Assembly (NCBI GenBank): GCA_045805545.1
Contig: JBJMLD010000112.1
Location: 210-64,209 of the forward strand
Direction of reading: 5' to 3'
Origin: Solirubrobacteraceae bacterium
GTDB taxonomy: Bacteria; Actinomycetota; Thermoleophilia; Solirubrobacterales; Solirubrobacteraceae
DNA length: 64,000 nt
Shown here: positions 36,781 to 45,187 of the stretch, piece after piece
How the letters are laid out: each line of letters begins with the position of its first letter
How positions within the stretch are numbered: the first letter of the stretch is position 1
Program-made: the position numbers and the translations under genes
The notes under the pieces: generated by a model
The model's database searches: none
What the model was told of the DNA's origin: nothing
What the model saw: the letters and a program-made list of their open reading frames with translations, nothing else

Positions 36781-37116
36781 TCATGAGGCGTTGTTCCAGG
36801 CGGATTCCACATCGGCTTCCACGTCCTCGCCGGACATGTCGCCGCCAGTGCCGGAACTTCCGCGTCGCATCGCGAGTCGCGCGATCCGCCGCACCTTATG
36901 TTCGACCCGGCCATAGCGATCGACGCGCTCGCTCATCTCCCGATCGTGGGCCTGCCGCAGAAACGCTGGCGTGTCGGAGGTCTCCCGCAGCCCCTGCTGC
37001 GTCCGGATCTGCGCCAGCTCGTCGTAGTGCTGACTTGCCCAGTAGACGTTGATGCGGCAGGAGGCGCAGTTCCATTCTTCGTCGGGCGTCTCCGCGCCGC
37101 ACTGCGGACAGCGCAT
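36781..37116 (-). CDS. small zinc-ribbon protein
   Basis: MRCPQCG..WNCASC; GAGGAG SD upstream; first gene of the - strand operon. Confidence 0.75.
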   Translation of the reverse strand: MRCPQCGAETPDEEWNCASCRINVYWASQHYDELAQIRTQQGLRETSDTPAFLRQAHDREMSERVDRYGRVEHKVRRIARLAMRRGSSGTGGDMSGEDVEADVESAWNNAS

Positions 37117-37278
37117 GATCTACTCCTCAGTTCGGTGCCAGCAGTCCCGCTCGGGCTGGCCTGGGCCTAACGTCGAGTCGCATGGTGTGGCCCGCTCCTT
37201 CCAAGCCACTTCCAGTCAGCTCAGGCGACCGCCCTTACGAAGTACCTGGCCGCTGCCTGACCCTCAACGCATTTCCCA

Positions 37279-38256
37279 TCAGGAACTCCCGGCGCGCAAT
37301 TCGGCGAGCCCCTGTTCACGCGTCTTCACTGGCTCGTAGCCGAGATCCTGGCGCGCCTTGTCGATCTTGATCGTGCACTCCTGCGCGGACACCCAGTAAG
37401 TGAAGCGGGTGAGCGGCGGCCGCCCGGGCAGCGGGAGCAGTCGCCAGGCGGTCTCGCTCACGGTGGCCAGTGCGCCGGCGACCGGCGCCGGGATGTTGCG
37501 GCTCGGCGGCTCGACGCCCTGGGTGTCGAGAAGCTGGGTTACGAACTCGCGGAACCCAACCGGCTCGCCGTCCGTCACGAAGTAGGCGTTCCCTCCTCGA
37601 CCGCGCTCGGCGCCCAGCACCAGCCCCTGGACGGTGTTCTCGACGTGCGTCGTCGCGGTGCGATTCCGGCCGCCGCCGATCCACGCCCAGCGGCCCGATC
37701 GGGCCATCTCGGTCATCGTCGGAAGCAGCGTCGTGTCACCGCGTCCCCACACGAAGCGCGGGCGGACGGCCACGGTCTCGAAGCCGTCGCGGTTGGCGTC
37801 GAGCACGAGTTGCTCGGCCCTGGCCTTGGTCGAGCTGTAGAGCGCAGGTGAGTCGGGTCGCAACGGCGCCGTCTCATCGACGTCGACCAGCGGCTGACCC
37901 GCCATCAGCGCCGCCTCGGTTCCCACGTGCACGAAGCGCCGCACACCGGCCTCCGCGCACGCGGTCAGGACATTGCGCGTGCCCTCGACATTGCCGCGCT
38001 CGAACTCCTCGCGCGTGCCCCAGTCGCCCAGCATGGCCGCCGCGTGAAACGCCAGCTCGCAGCCGGTCGCGCCGGAGCGCATCGCGTCGACATCCGCCAG
38101 ATCGCCTCGCACCGGCTCGCCGCCGCGCTCGCTGATCCGCGCCGCGGCGCCATCGGAGCGGGCCAGTCCGCGAACCGCGTGGCCGTCGGCGACCAGCCGC
38201 TCGATCAGCCGACCGCCGATGAAACCTGAGCCGCCCGTGACGAAGACCGTGCTCAC
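37279..38256 (-). CDS. NAD-dependent epimerase / 3-beta-HSD-like reductase
   Basis: VTGGSGFIG, YSSTK, RPRFVWGRGD; TAGGCT -10-like box 6 nt upstream. Confidence 0.9.
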   Translation of the reverse strand: MSTVFVTGGSGFIGGRLIERLVADGHAVRGLARSDGAAARISERGGEPVRGDLADVDAMRSGATGCELAFHAAAMLGDWGTREEFERGNVEGTRNVLTACAEAGVRRFVHVGTEAALMAGQPLVDVDETAPLRPDSPALYSSTKARAEQLVLDANRDGFETVAVRPRFVWGRGDTTLLPTMTEMARSGRWAWIGGGRNRTATTHVENTVQGLVLGAERGRGGNAYFVTDGEPVGFREFVTQLLDTQGVEPPSRNIPAPVAGALATVSETAWRLLPLPGRPPLTRFTYWVSAQECTIKIDKARQDLGYEPVKTREQGLAELRAGSS

Positions 38257-38299
38257 CGCTTGAGCCTATCCAACGCCACCGGCCGTTAAGGTGACGACC

Positions 38300-39133
38300 A
38301 TGGCGCTCGGCATACCCGCCTTGATCGCTCCGCCGTACGCCCTTGCGGGCGGAACCTGGATCTTCGTCGCCGTCGTGGTCGCGCTGTTCTTCGTCGTCGC
38401 GTTCAGCTACTACACGCGGACCGGGAGCGGTATCAGCCAGACGCCGTACCGCCGCCCCGACGCTCCGCCGGAGGCACCCAGTGAGCTGGCCCACGACATC
38501 ACCCAGGACGTGCGGAGCTGGGAGCGGGGCACCGAAGGACATCATCGAGAGCGTCGAGGTGACGATCGCGCGCCAATTGACCCCGCGGTCGTCCAGGCGC
38601 TGGCCGAGTGGCGGGCGGCAGCCGGCACGACGCGCGAGCTGGCGGCGCCGATTGGCGAGGGCGACCGGGTGCGCGGGCCCGCCGGCGCACCACCCGTCGT
38701 GCTCTGGATCGACATTTCCAACGAGCCGTCCCGGAGCGCGTATCGCGTGCTCGCTCAGTTCGCGGACGCCGAGCGCATCCGTCTCGCCGTCCGCCATCTG
38801 CCGTTGGCCGATGTCCGACCGCTCGCCCTGCCCGCGGCCGACGCGCTCGAGGCGGCGGCCGCCCAGGGCAAGTTCTTCGAGCTGCTCGACGACTTCGCGG
38901 CGACGGGCCCGACCACCGAGGATCAGCTCATGGCCCGGGCAGCCAGCCATGTGCCCGACGGCGAGCGCCTGGAACAGGAGGTCCAAGCCGGGAGCCACCG
39001 CGAGGCCGTCGTCGATCAGATCCGCCAGGCGACGGCGAGCGGCGCGCCCGCTGTGCCGGCCGTCTACATCAAGGGCGTCCGCTACGACGGGACGATCAAG
39101 CGAGACGACATCGGCCTCGCGCTGCGCGACTGA
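38300..39133 (+). CDS. membrane-anchored DsbA/thioredoxin-fold protein lacking CxxC
   Basis: N-terminal TM; DRVRGPAGAP, RHLPL, AAAAQGKF, GAPAVPAVYIKG match the DsbA-like pattern, but the CxxC position reads NEPS. Confidence 0.7.
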   Translation: MALGIPALIAPPYALAGGTWIFVAVVVALFFVVAFSYYTRTGSGISQTPYRRPDAPPEAPSELAHDITQDVRSWERGTEGHHRERRGDDRAPIDPAVVQALAEWRAAAGTTRELAAPIGEGDRVRGPAGAPPVVLWIDISNEPSRSAYRVLAQFADAERIRLAVRHLPLADVRPLALPAADALEAAAAQGKFFELLDDFAATGPTTEDQLMARAASHVPDGERLEQEVQAGSHREAVVDQIRQATASGAPAVPAVYIKGVRYDGTIKRDDIGLALRD

Positions 39134-39676
39134 TCAGAGCGGCTCGGACGCCGCGCTCTGCGTCAGCTCGCCAAGGATCTGCTCGACGGCGTCCCGCGCC
39201 AGCTGCTGGAGCTCTTCGTCGGAGCGGTCCTGAATCGGGTGTGCGACGAGCACGCGATGAATTCCCGGCTGGCCGAGCGCGGCCGACTGGTGATCTGCCG
39301 CCTGTTCGAACGCGCTCGAGGCGACTAGCACCGCCGGCCGGTCCAGCTCCTCGAAGCTGAGCACGTCGCGCAGACCGCACGACACACAGGAGCCTCAGTC
39401 GGCCAGGGCCTCGATCACCGCGTCGCAGTTCTGGGCGATCTCGGCTCGAACGTCGTGCGGCGCTGGCTTGGTGAACGTCGGCTTCGCGGTGCGGATGATC
39501 GTGTGGCCGCGCTGGGTCAGGAGCGACTCAAGCTCGTCGAGGAAGACGTCCCCACGCGGCTTACGGATGTCGAGCAGGGCGAGCTTGTCCGGCGCGACGG
39601 GCGAGAGCCGACGCGCGGCGAGCGGCCGGCCGGAAGCGGCGGCCTCGTTGGTCGGGTCGAGAATCGTCAGCGCCAC
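39134..39676 (-). CDS. UGSC-family selenoprotein (in-frame UGA at 39395-39397 read as Sec)
   Basis: ORFs 39395-39676 and 39134-39385 share a frame; the junction reads ALAD-UGA-GSCVSCGLRD (U-G-S-C); SECIS-like hairpin follows. Confidence 0.88.
39365..39383 (-). promoter_or_regulatory. bacterial SECIS element
   Basis: mRNA UGA-GGCUCCUGUGU-GUCGUGC-GGUCU-GCGCGAC: 11-nt spacer, then a 7-bp stem with a GGUCU apex, like the E. coli fdhF SECIS. Confidence 0.8.
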
Positions 39677-41142
39677 GGGTCAATGCTCCTGGTCACGGGC
39701 TCCGATCCTATTTCGCCCGCCACCCAGCCGCCATAGATCATGCTGAACAGTCCTGCGTCGCCGCCGGCATGGGCGAGCAGGATCCGGTCGGGGGCCGCGA
39801 GCTTCGGGACCATGGCCGCGGGATCGGTGACGAACTGCGTCTCGATTCCCTCGGCGATGCCGCCGGCGCCGCGCACGAGCTCGCCGGCCGGAGCCTTGGA
39901 GCGCTCGAACAGCTCGTTCTGCACGTGCTGACGATCCCAATCGTTCTCCCGAAAGACCCGGCCGTGCTCCGGCCCGACGACGAGGACGGCGTCAAAGGCG
40001 AAGCGAAGGCGCCGGTGCGAGACCCACTCGAGCGCCTCGGCGAAGGTTGCCGAGAGCTGTTCCGGGGTCCGCGCGAGCTGGTCGACGACGAGCCGCGGGG
40101 CTTCGCCGGCGAAGACCGTCACGCCAGTCTCGCTCGGCGGTACGCCCCGTGCCTGGGCCAGTCCTGGCCACGGCGAATCGTGCAGGCGTTCTGCGAAACA
40201 GGAGCTGAGCTTGCCTGGCTGCCCATGAGCGGCCCGGTCCTCCTCCTGCGGTTTGCCGCCACCGACGTTGCGGACCACGAGTTGCAGGGCGCGGCCGATC
40301 GTCGCATTCGCGCGGTTGCCCTGGCCGAGGGCGTTGCCGGCGCCGTTCATGCCGACCTCGTCGGCCAGTGGTCCGCTCACGATCACGACCGGCCCGGCCG
40401 GGTGCGTGGTCGAAACCAGACCGAGCAGCGCAAAGGCGGGATCGCAGGCCGCCTCCACAGCCGCCAGCACGATCGGGAACACGGCCGGCGGGCACCCGGC
40501 CATGACGGCGTTGATGGCCACCTTCTCAACAGTCGCCGCGCCGTCGTAGGGCGGGATCAGCGCGACGAGGTCCTGGGCGTCGCGGCTCGTGGCGTCGAGC
40601 ATCTCAACCACCCGTGACGGCGTCGGCGGCACCAGGGGCAGTCCATCGGAGTAGCCGCGATCGAACAGCGCCTCGATTGGGTCTTCCAGCTCACCGATCT
40701 CCACCTCCCGCGCCCGCAATCGTCCCTCGCTCCGGGCGCGGGTCGCGGCCAGCCGTGCCGCGACGACCGGATCGCGCGTGATGCTGGCGCAGCCCGGGCG
40801 TCGGTCCGGCAGGCCGTCGAGCTCGAGCACCACGTCGGCCCGGCGGGCCAGCTCGGCCAGCCGCTGACGATCGAGCCCCTCGGTGCGAGCCTGTTCGCGG
40901 CCGCCGTCGAGCAGGACAACGGTCGGCACCGCGTCGGGGTCGAACCGGATCGAGAGCTCCAGGTCGGGATCGAGGTCGGGCGCGGTGCTGAGGCCCAGCC
41001 GCTCAGCTTGCGCTGCGGTGTCCTCAGCGGAGGACTGCGAGACGATCCGGATCGCGCCGCCGCCCGCGCGCGCCGAGTCCAGAACGGGGAGCACCTGGTC
41101 ACACACCGGGCAGTCGTGCTTGACCAGCGCCATCAATTCCAT
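39667..41142 (-). CDS. thioredoxin-like (CPVC) domain fused to UGSC-associated oxidoreductase-like domain
   Basis: KHDCPVC N-terminal domain; SDGLPLVPPT, TVEKVAINAVMAGC, GNRANATIGRA motifs; overlaps the selenoprotein start. Confidence 0.75.
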   Translation of the reverse strand: MELMALVKHDCPVCDQVLPVLDSARAGGGAIRIVSQSSAEDTAAQAERLGLSTAPDLDPDLELSIRFDPDAVPTVVLLDGGREQARTEGLDRQRLAELARRADVVLELDGLPDRRPGCASITRDPVVAARLAATRARSEGRLRAREVEIGELEDPIEALFDRGYSDGLPLVPPTPSRVVEMLDATSRDAQDLVALIPPYDGAATVEKVAINAVMAGCPPAVFPIVLAAVEAACDPAFALLGLVSTTHPAGPVVIVSGPLADEVGMNGAGNALGQGNRANATIGRALQLVVRNVGGGKPQEEDRAAHGQPGKLSSCFAERLHDSPWPGLAQARGVPPSETGVTVFAGEAPRLVVDQLARTPEQLSATFAEALEWVSHRRLRFAFDAVLVVGPEHGRVFRENDWDRQHVQNELFERSKAPAGELVRGAGGIAEGIETQFVTDPAAMVPKLAAPDRILLAHAGGDAGLFSMIYGGWVAGEIGSEPVTRSIDPWR

Positions 41143-41258
41143 AGCGCCGACCCTACACCGCCACGCGTGCGCAGGGTTTGCGTAGCGCGCGCCACGGGTA
41201 CCCGCGCGCCGGCGGGGTTCGCTCGGGCCTCGTGATCGTCGGAGGAGGAGGTTTGGGA

Positions 41259-43562
41259 ATGAGACGACGTAGCGCCGCGATCCTGGTGTTGGCGATCGCG
41301 GTCACTTTGGTGTGTGCAGGCGTAGTCATCGCGGCGCGAAAGCGAGCCAGCGATGAGACCACTTTGCAGCCGGCGCGACACCCGGCCAGTCAGAGCATCG
41401 AGCGGCGCGTGAACGCGCTGCTCAGCCGCATGACCTTGCAGGAGAAGCTCAATCAGCTCACCCTGCTCTCGGACGGCCAGATCACTGACGCCGAGGCGTC
41501 AAAGCCGGTGGGTGCCGTGTTCAGCCTCACCGATCCGGTCAAGATCAACCACTTCCAGCACGAGGCGGTAGATAACTCCCGGTTGCACATCCCGATCCTG
41601 TTCGCCTACGACACGATTCACGGCTACCGGACGATCTTCCCGATTCCGCTCGGCACGGCCAGCAGCTTCGATCCTTCGGTGGCGCAGACCGACCACCGGA
41701 TCGGCGCGTTCGAGAGTGCCGCCGTCGGGATCAAGCAGATCTACAGCCCCATGGTCGATGTCTCGCACGAGCCGCGCTGGGGCAGGATCTCCGAGGCGGC
41801 CGGCGAGGACCCGTACCTCAACTCGGTGATCGCTGCCGCGCGCGTGAAGGGCGCTCAGGGCAACGACTACAGCCGGCGCGACAAGGTCGTTACGAGCATG
41901 AAGCACTTCGTCGCCTACGGACAGCCGGAGTCAGGCCGTGACTACAACACGACCGACATGTCGATCCATCGCCTGTTCGACTTCTATCTCCCGCCGTTCC
42001 AGGCCGCATACCAGGCCGGCGCCGACACCGCGATGTGCTCGTTCAACGCGCTGAACGGTGTTCCAGGCTGCGCCAACCACTACACGGAAACCGGCGTGCT
42101 GAAGAACCGCTGGGGCTTTGACGGCTTCATCGAGAGTGACTACACCGCGGTGGCAGAGCTACGCGCGTGCCCGCCGATGAATCCCGACACCGGCCCGTGC
42201 GGTCACGGGGTGGCCAAGGATGGACCGCAGGCGGCGAGCAAGGCGCTCAATGCCGGCACCGACATGGAGATGGTGTCGACCAACTTCCGTGACTTCGGCG
42301 GGCAGCTCGTGTCCGGCGGGCGGGTGCCGATGAGCCGCATCAACGATGCCGTGCGGCGCATTCTGCGCATCAAGTTCCGGGCCGGGCTGTTCGAGCACCC
42401 GTACGTCAATGTGGCGGCGGCGGCCGGCAAGCAGCTGCTTCCGGGCAATCGCGCGGCGGCACGTGTGGCAGCCGACCGCTCGATGGTGCTGCTCAAGAAC
42501 AACGGGCCGGTGCTGCCGTTCAGCGCCAACAAGAAGATCGCGGTCATCGGTCCGCTCGGCGACGACCAGCACGACATGCTCGGTCCGTGGTGGGGCCAGG
42601 GACACGACGAGGATGCCGTCTCGGTGTACCAGGGCATCAAGCGCCAGGACCCGAACACGACGTTCACGCCGGGCTGCACGCTGAGCAACAGCGACCTGTA
42701 TGACCCGGCGCACGAGTGCGCCACCGACTCGGGCTTCGGCGCCGCGGTCGCCGCCGCCAAGTCGGCCGACGAGGTCGTGCTCGCGGTTGGCGAGACGAGG
42801 GAAATGAGCGGCGAGGCCGAATCGCGCTCGAAGCTCAACCTTCCCGGCATGCAGGAGGACCTGATCGATGTCATTCAGGCGACGGGCAAGCCGGTTGCGG
42901 TCGTGCTGTTCAACGGACGCCCACTCGATCTGAGCCGCGTCGACAGCTCCTCGCCGGCGATCCTGGAGGCCTGGTTCGGCGGCATCGAAGCCGGCGATGC
43001 CGTGGCCGACGCAGTGTTCGGGAAGGTGAACCCGGGCGGCCACCTGCCCGTGAGCTTCCCGCGCTCGGTCGGACAGGTCCCGATCTACTACAACCACGAA
43101 CCCACAGGGCGGCCGTGCGACGCCACCAGCAAGTACAACTCGCGTCACCGTGACATTGGGTCATGCGCGCCGTTGTTCGAGTTCGGCTACGGCCTCAGCT
43201 ACACGACGTTCAAGGTTCACAACCTGACGCTGAGTTCACACAGCATGTCGCCGAACGGTCACATCCGCGTGAGTGTCCAGGTGACGAACACCGGACCGCG
43301 GGCGGGTGACGACGTCGCCCAGCTCTACATCCACGATCCGGTGGCGAGCATCAGTCAGCCGGTGCGACGTCTGCGCCGGTTCCAGCGCGTGACGCTGGTC
43401 CCGGGCCAGACGACCACCGTCACGTGGACGCTCAACGCAGGCGACGTCGGGTTCTATGACAACAAGGCGCGCTTCCGTGTCGAGCCGGGCGAGATCGACG
43501 TGTTCGCCGGGGACACGTCGGCCGAGACCGACAACACGGATTCGTTCACAGTCACACCCTGA
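41259..43562 (+). CDS. bglX: GH3 beta-glucosidase (BglX-like), secreted
   Basis: DTIHGY, PRWGRISE, KHFVAYG, nucleophile ESDY, VLLKN, SGEA, FGYGLSYTTF, FN3-like C-terminus. Confidence 0.9.
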   Translation: MRRRSAAILVLAIAVTLVCAGVVIAARKRASDETTLQPARHPASQSIERRVNALLSRMTLQEKLNQLTLLSDGQITDAEASKPVGAVFSLTDPVKINHFQHEAVDNSRLHIPILFAYDTIHGYRTIFPIPLGTASSFDPSVAQTDHRIGAFESAAVGIKQIYSPMVDVSHEPRWGRISEAAGEDPYLNSVIAAARVKGAQGNDYSRRDKVVTSMKHFVAYGQPESGRDYNTTDMSIHRLFDFYLPPFQAAYQAGADTAMCSFNALNGVPGCANHYTETGVLKNRWGFDGFIESDYTAVAELRACPPMNPDTGPCGHGVAKDGPQAASKALNAGTDMEMVSTNFRDFGGQLVSGGRVPMSRINDAVRRILRIKFRAGLFEHPYVNVAAAAGKQLLPGNRAAARVAADRSMVLLKNNGPVLPFSANKKIAVIGPLGDDQHDMLGPWWGQGHDEDAVSVYQGIKRQDPNTTFTPGCTLSNSDLYDPAHECATDSGFGAAVAAAKSADEVVLAVGETREMSGEAESRSKLNLPGMQEDLIDVIQATGKPVAVVLFNGRPLDLSRVDSSSPAILEAWFGGIEAGDAVADAVFGKVNPGGHLPVSFPRSVGQVPIYYNHEPTGRPCDATSKYNSRHRDIGSCAPLFEFGYGLSYTTFKVHNLTLSSHSMSPNGHIRVSVQVTNTGPRAGDDVAQLYIHDPVASISQPVRRLRRFQRVTLVPGQTTTVTWTLNAGDVGFYDNKARFRVEPGEIDVFAGDTSAETDNTDSFTVTP

Positions 43563-43577
43563 GTAGGAAATCCAGCA

Positions 43578-43616
43578 ACGGCTTCTGCAGCGCCTCCGGG
43601 CGCTGCAGAACGCCGT
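43578..43616. terminator. hairpin after the GH3 gene
   Basis: ttctgcagcgcc-tccg-ggcgctgcagaa perfect 12-bp stem. Confidence 0.75.
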
Positions 43617-43737
43617 GGTCCCGTGCCCAGCGCCTGGAACCCACCTGGCGGATGCGGGATCCTTGTTGTGCCATGCGCTACGCAGCAGAGCCACACGCTC
43701 CACTAGAGCAGCTCGCGCGGTAGCGGCGCGTCGAGCC

Positions 43738-45006
43738 ATGGTCGACCCGGATCGACAGGTGGTCGTCGTGGGCGGCGGGATCTCCGGCCTGTGTGCCGCC
43801 TACTACCTGCGCCGGGCGGGCGCGGCCGTTCGGGTGCTCGAGGCCCACCGGGTCGGCAGCGGAGCGTCATGGGGTAATGCCGGCTGGGTGTCGGCGGCCC
43901 AGGCCGGGCCGCTGCCCGAGCCGGGGCTGATCAGCTATGGACTGCGGTCGTTGGTCGATTCCGGGTCGCCGCTGTACTTCGAGCCCACCCAGCTCGTGCG
44001 CATGCTGCCCTGGCTGCTCGCATTCGCGAGGCGGTGCAATGAGGCCGATCACACGCGCGGTCGGCTCGCACTGGCCACGCTGGCGCGGCCGTGCGTTGAG
44101 TTGCTCGACGCGATGGCGGCCGACGGGGTGGACTTCAAGCTGGACCGAGTCCCGCTGCTGCTCGCGGCGAGCCATGCGTCGGAGGCGCAGACGTTTCTCG
44201 ATCGGCTCCAGCCACTCGCCAGCCTCGGCTTCGCGGTGCCCGGCGAGGTACTCGGGGGCGATGAGCTCCGGTCGCTCGAGCCCGTGTTGTCCGACGCGGT
44301 GCGCGCCGGATTCGTCATCCAGCAGCACTGCATCGTCGACCCGCCGTCGGTTTTGGCCGCGCTTGCGCGCCGTCTGGCCGAGCTCGACGTGGAGGTCTCG
44401 GAGGGGACCGAGGTGCGCGATGTCGAGGTTGATAGCTCGCGCGCGGTCGCGCTCAGCACGTCCACGGGCCGCTACGAGTGTGATCAGGTCGTGCTCGCCG
44501 CGGGCGCCTGGCTCGGACCTGTGGCGAGAACGTTCGGCGCGCGGCTCCCGGTCCAGGGCGGCAAGGGCTACAGCTTTGAGGTCCGACTAGGGCAGATGCC
44601 GCGACACGCGCTGCTACTGCTCGATCCCCACGTGGGCTGCTCGCCGCACGGAGACCGACTGCGGGTGGCGGGCACGATGGAGTTCAGCGGGCTGAACGGA
44701 CGTGTCGATCGACGACGCATCGAGTCCATCGTGCAGGGCGCAAGCCGCCTGATCGACGGCTGGAACGAACCTGACCCGGAGACGCTCTGGGCCGGACTGC
44801 GTCCGATCGCGCCCGACGGCCTGCCGATCATCGACCGCCACCCAGCCCTGACCAACGTGTTCTTCGCCGGCGCCTACTCGATGCTCGGGATGACGCTTGC
44901 CGCGCCGGCTGCCGAGAAGCTGGCCGAGTTCGTGATCACCAACCGCCGGCCGCCCGAACTCGCGCCGTTTCGCGCCACGCGCTTTCGCCGCGCCGCGACC
45001 GGTTGA
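43738..45006 (+). CDS. D-amino acid dehydrogenase-like FAD-dependent oxidoreductase
   Basis: VVGGGISG, GASWGNAG, GKGYS, WAGLRP..PDGLPII, LGMTLAA. Confidence 0.88.
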   Translation: MVDPDRQVVVVGGGISGLCAAYYLRRAGAAVRVLEAHRVGSGASWGNAGWVSAAQAGPLPEPGLISYGLRSLVDSGSPLYFEPTQLVRMLPWLLAFARRCNEADHTRGRLALATLARPCVELLDAMAADGVDFKLDRVPLLLAASHASEAQTFLDRLQPLASLGFAVPGEVLGGDELRSLEPVLSDAVRAGFVIQQHCIVDPPSVLAALARRLAELDVEVSEGTEVRDVEVDSSRAVALSTSTGRYECDQVVLAAGAWLGPVARTFGARLPVQGGKGYSFEVRLGQMPRHALLLLDPHVGCSPHGDRLRVAGTMEFSGLNGRVDRRRIESIVQGASRLIDGWNEPDPETLWAGLRPIAPDGLPIIDRHPALTNVFFAGAYSMLGMTLAAPAAEKLAEFVITNRRPPELAPFRATRFRRAATG

Positions 45007-45053
45007 CAAACGGAGGCAGCCTCCGCTATCTTATTACCGGAGGAACCCTCCGG
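45003..45053 (+). promoter_or_regulatory. sigma70-type promoter with two CGGAGG-N3-CCTCCG operator palindromes
   Basis: TTGACA at 45003, TATCTT 18 nt later; palindromes at 45011-45025 and 45037-45053. Confidence 0.7.
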
Positions 45054-45187
45054 AACCCCCAGGAGGTGCCCTCCATCCAGCTTAGCTCCGATCCAGATCT
45101 TGACAGGGTGAACATGAAACTTTCCCGCACCGCTGCACCCTCAGCCGCCAACCGGCCGCTCGATTTCGAAACTCCGGGGGGTTCCTG

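Noticed and set aside
39134-39676. Two separate small genes or a nonsense pseudogene
   Set aside because: In-frame UGA within a UxxC motif plus a SECIS hairpin fits selenocysteine recoding better.
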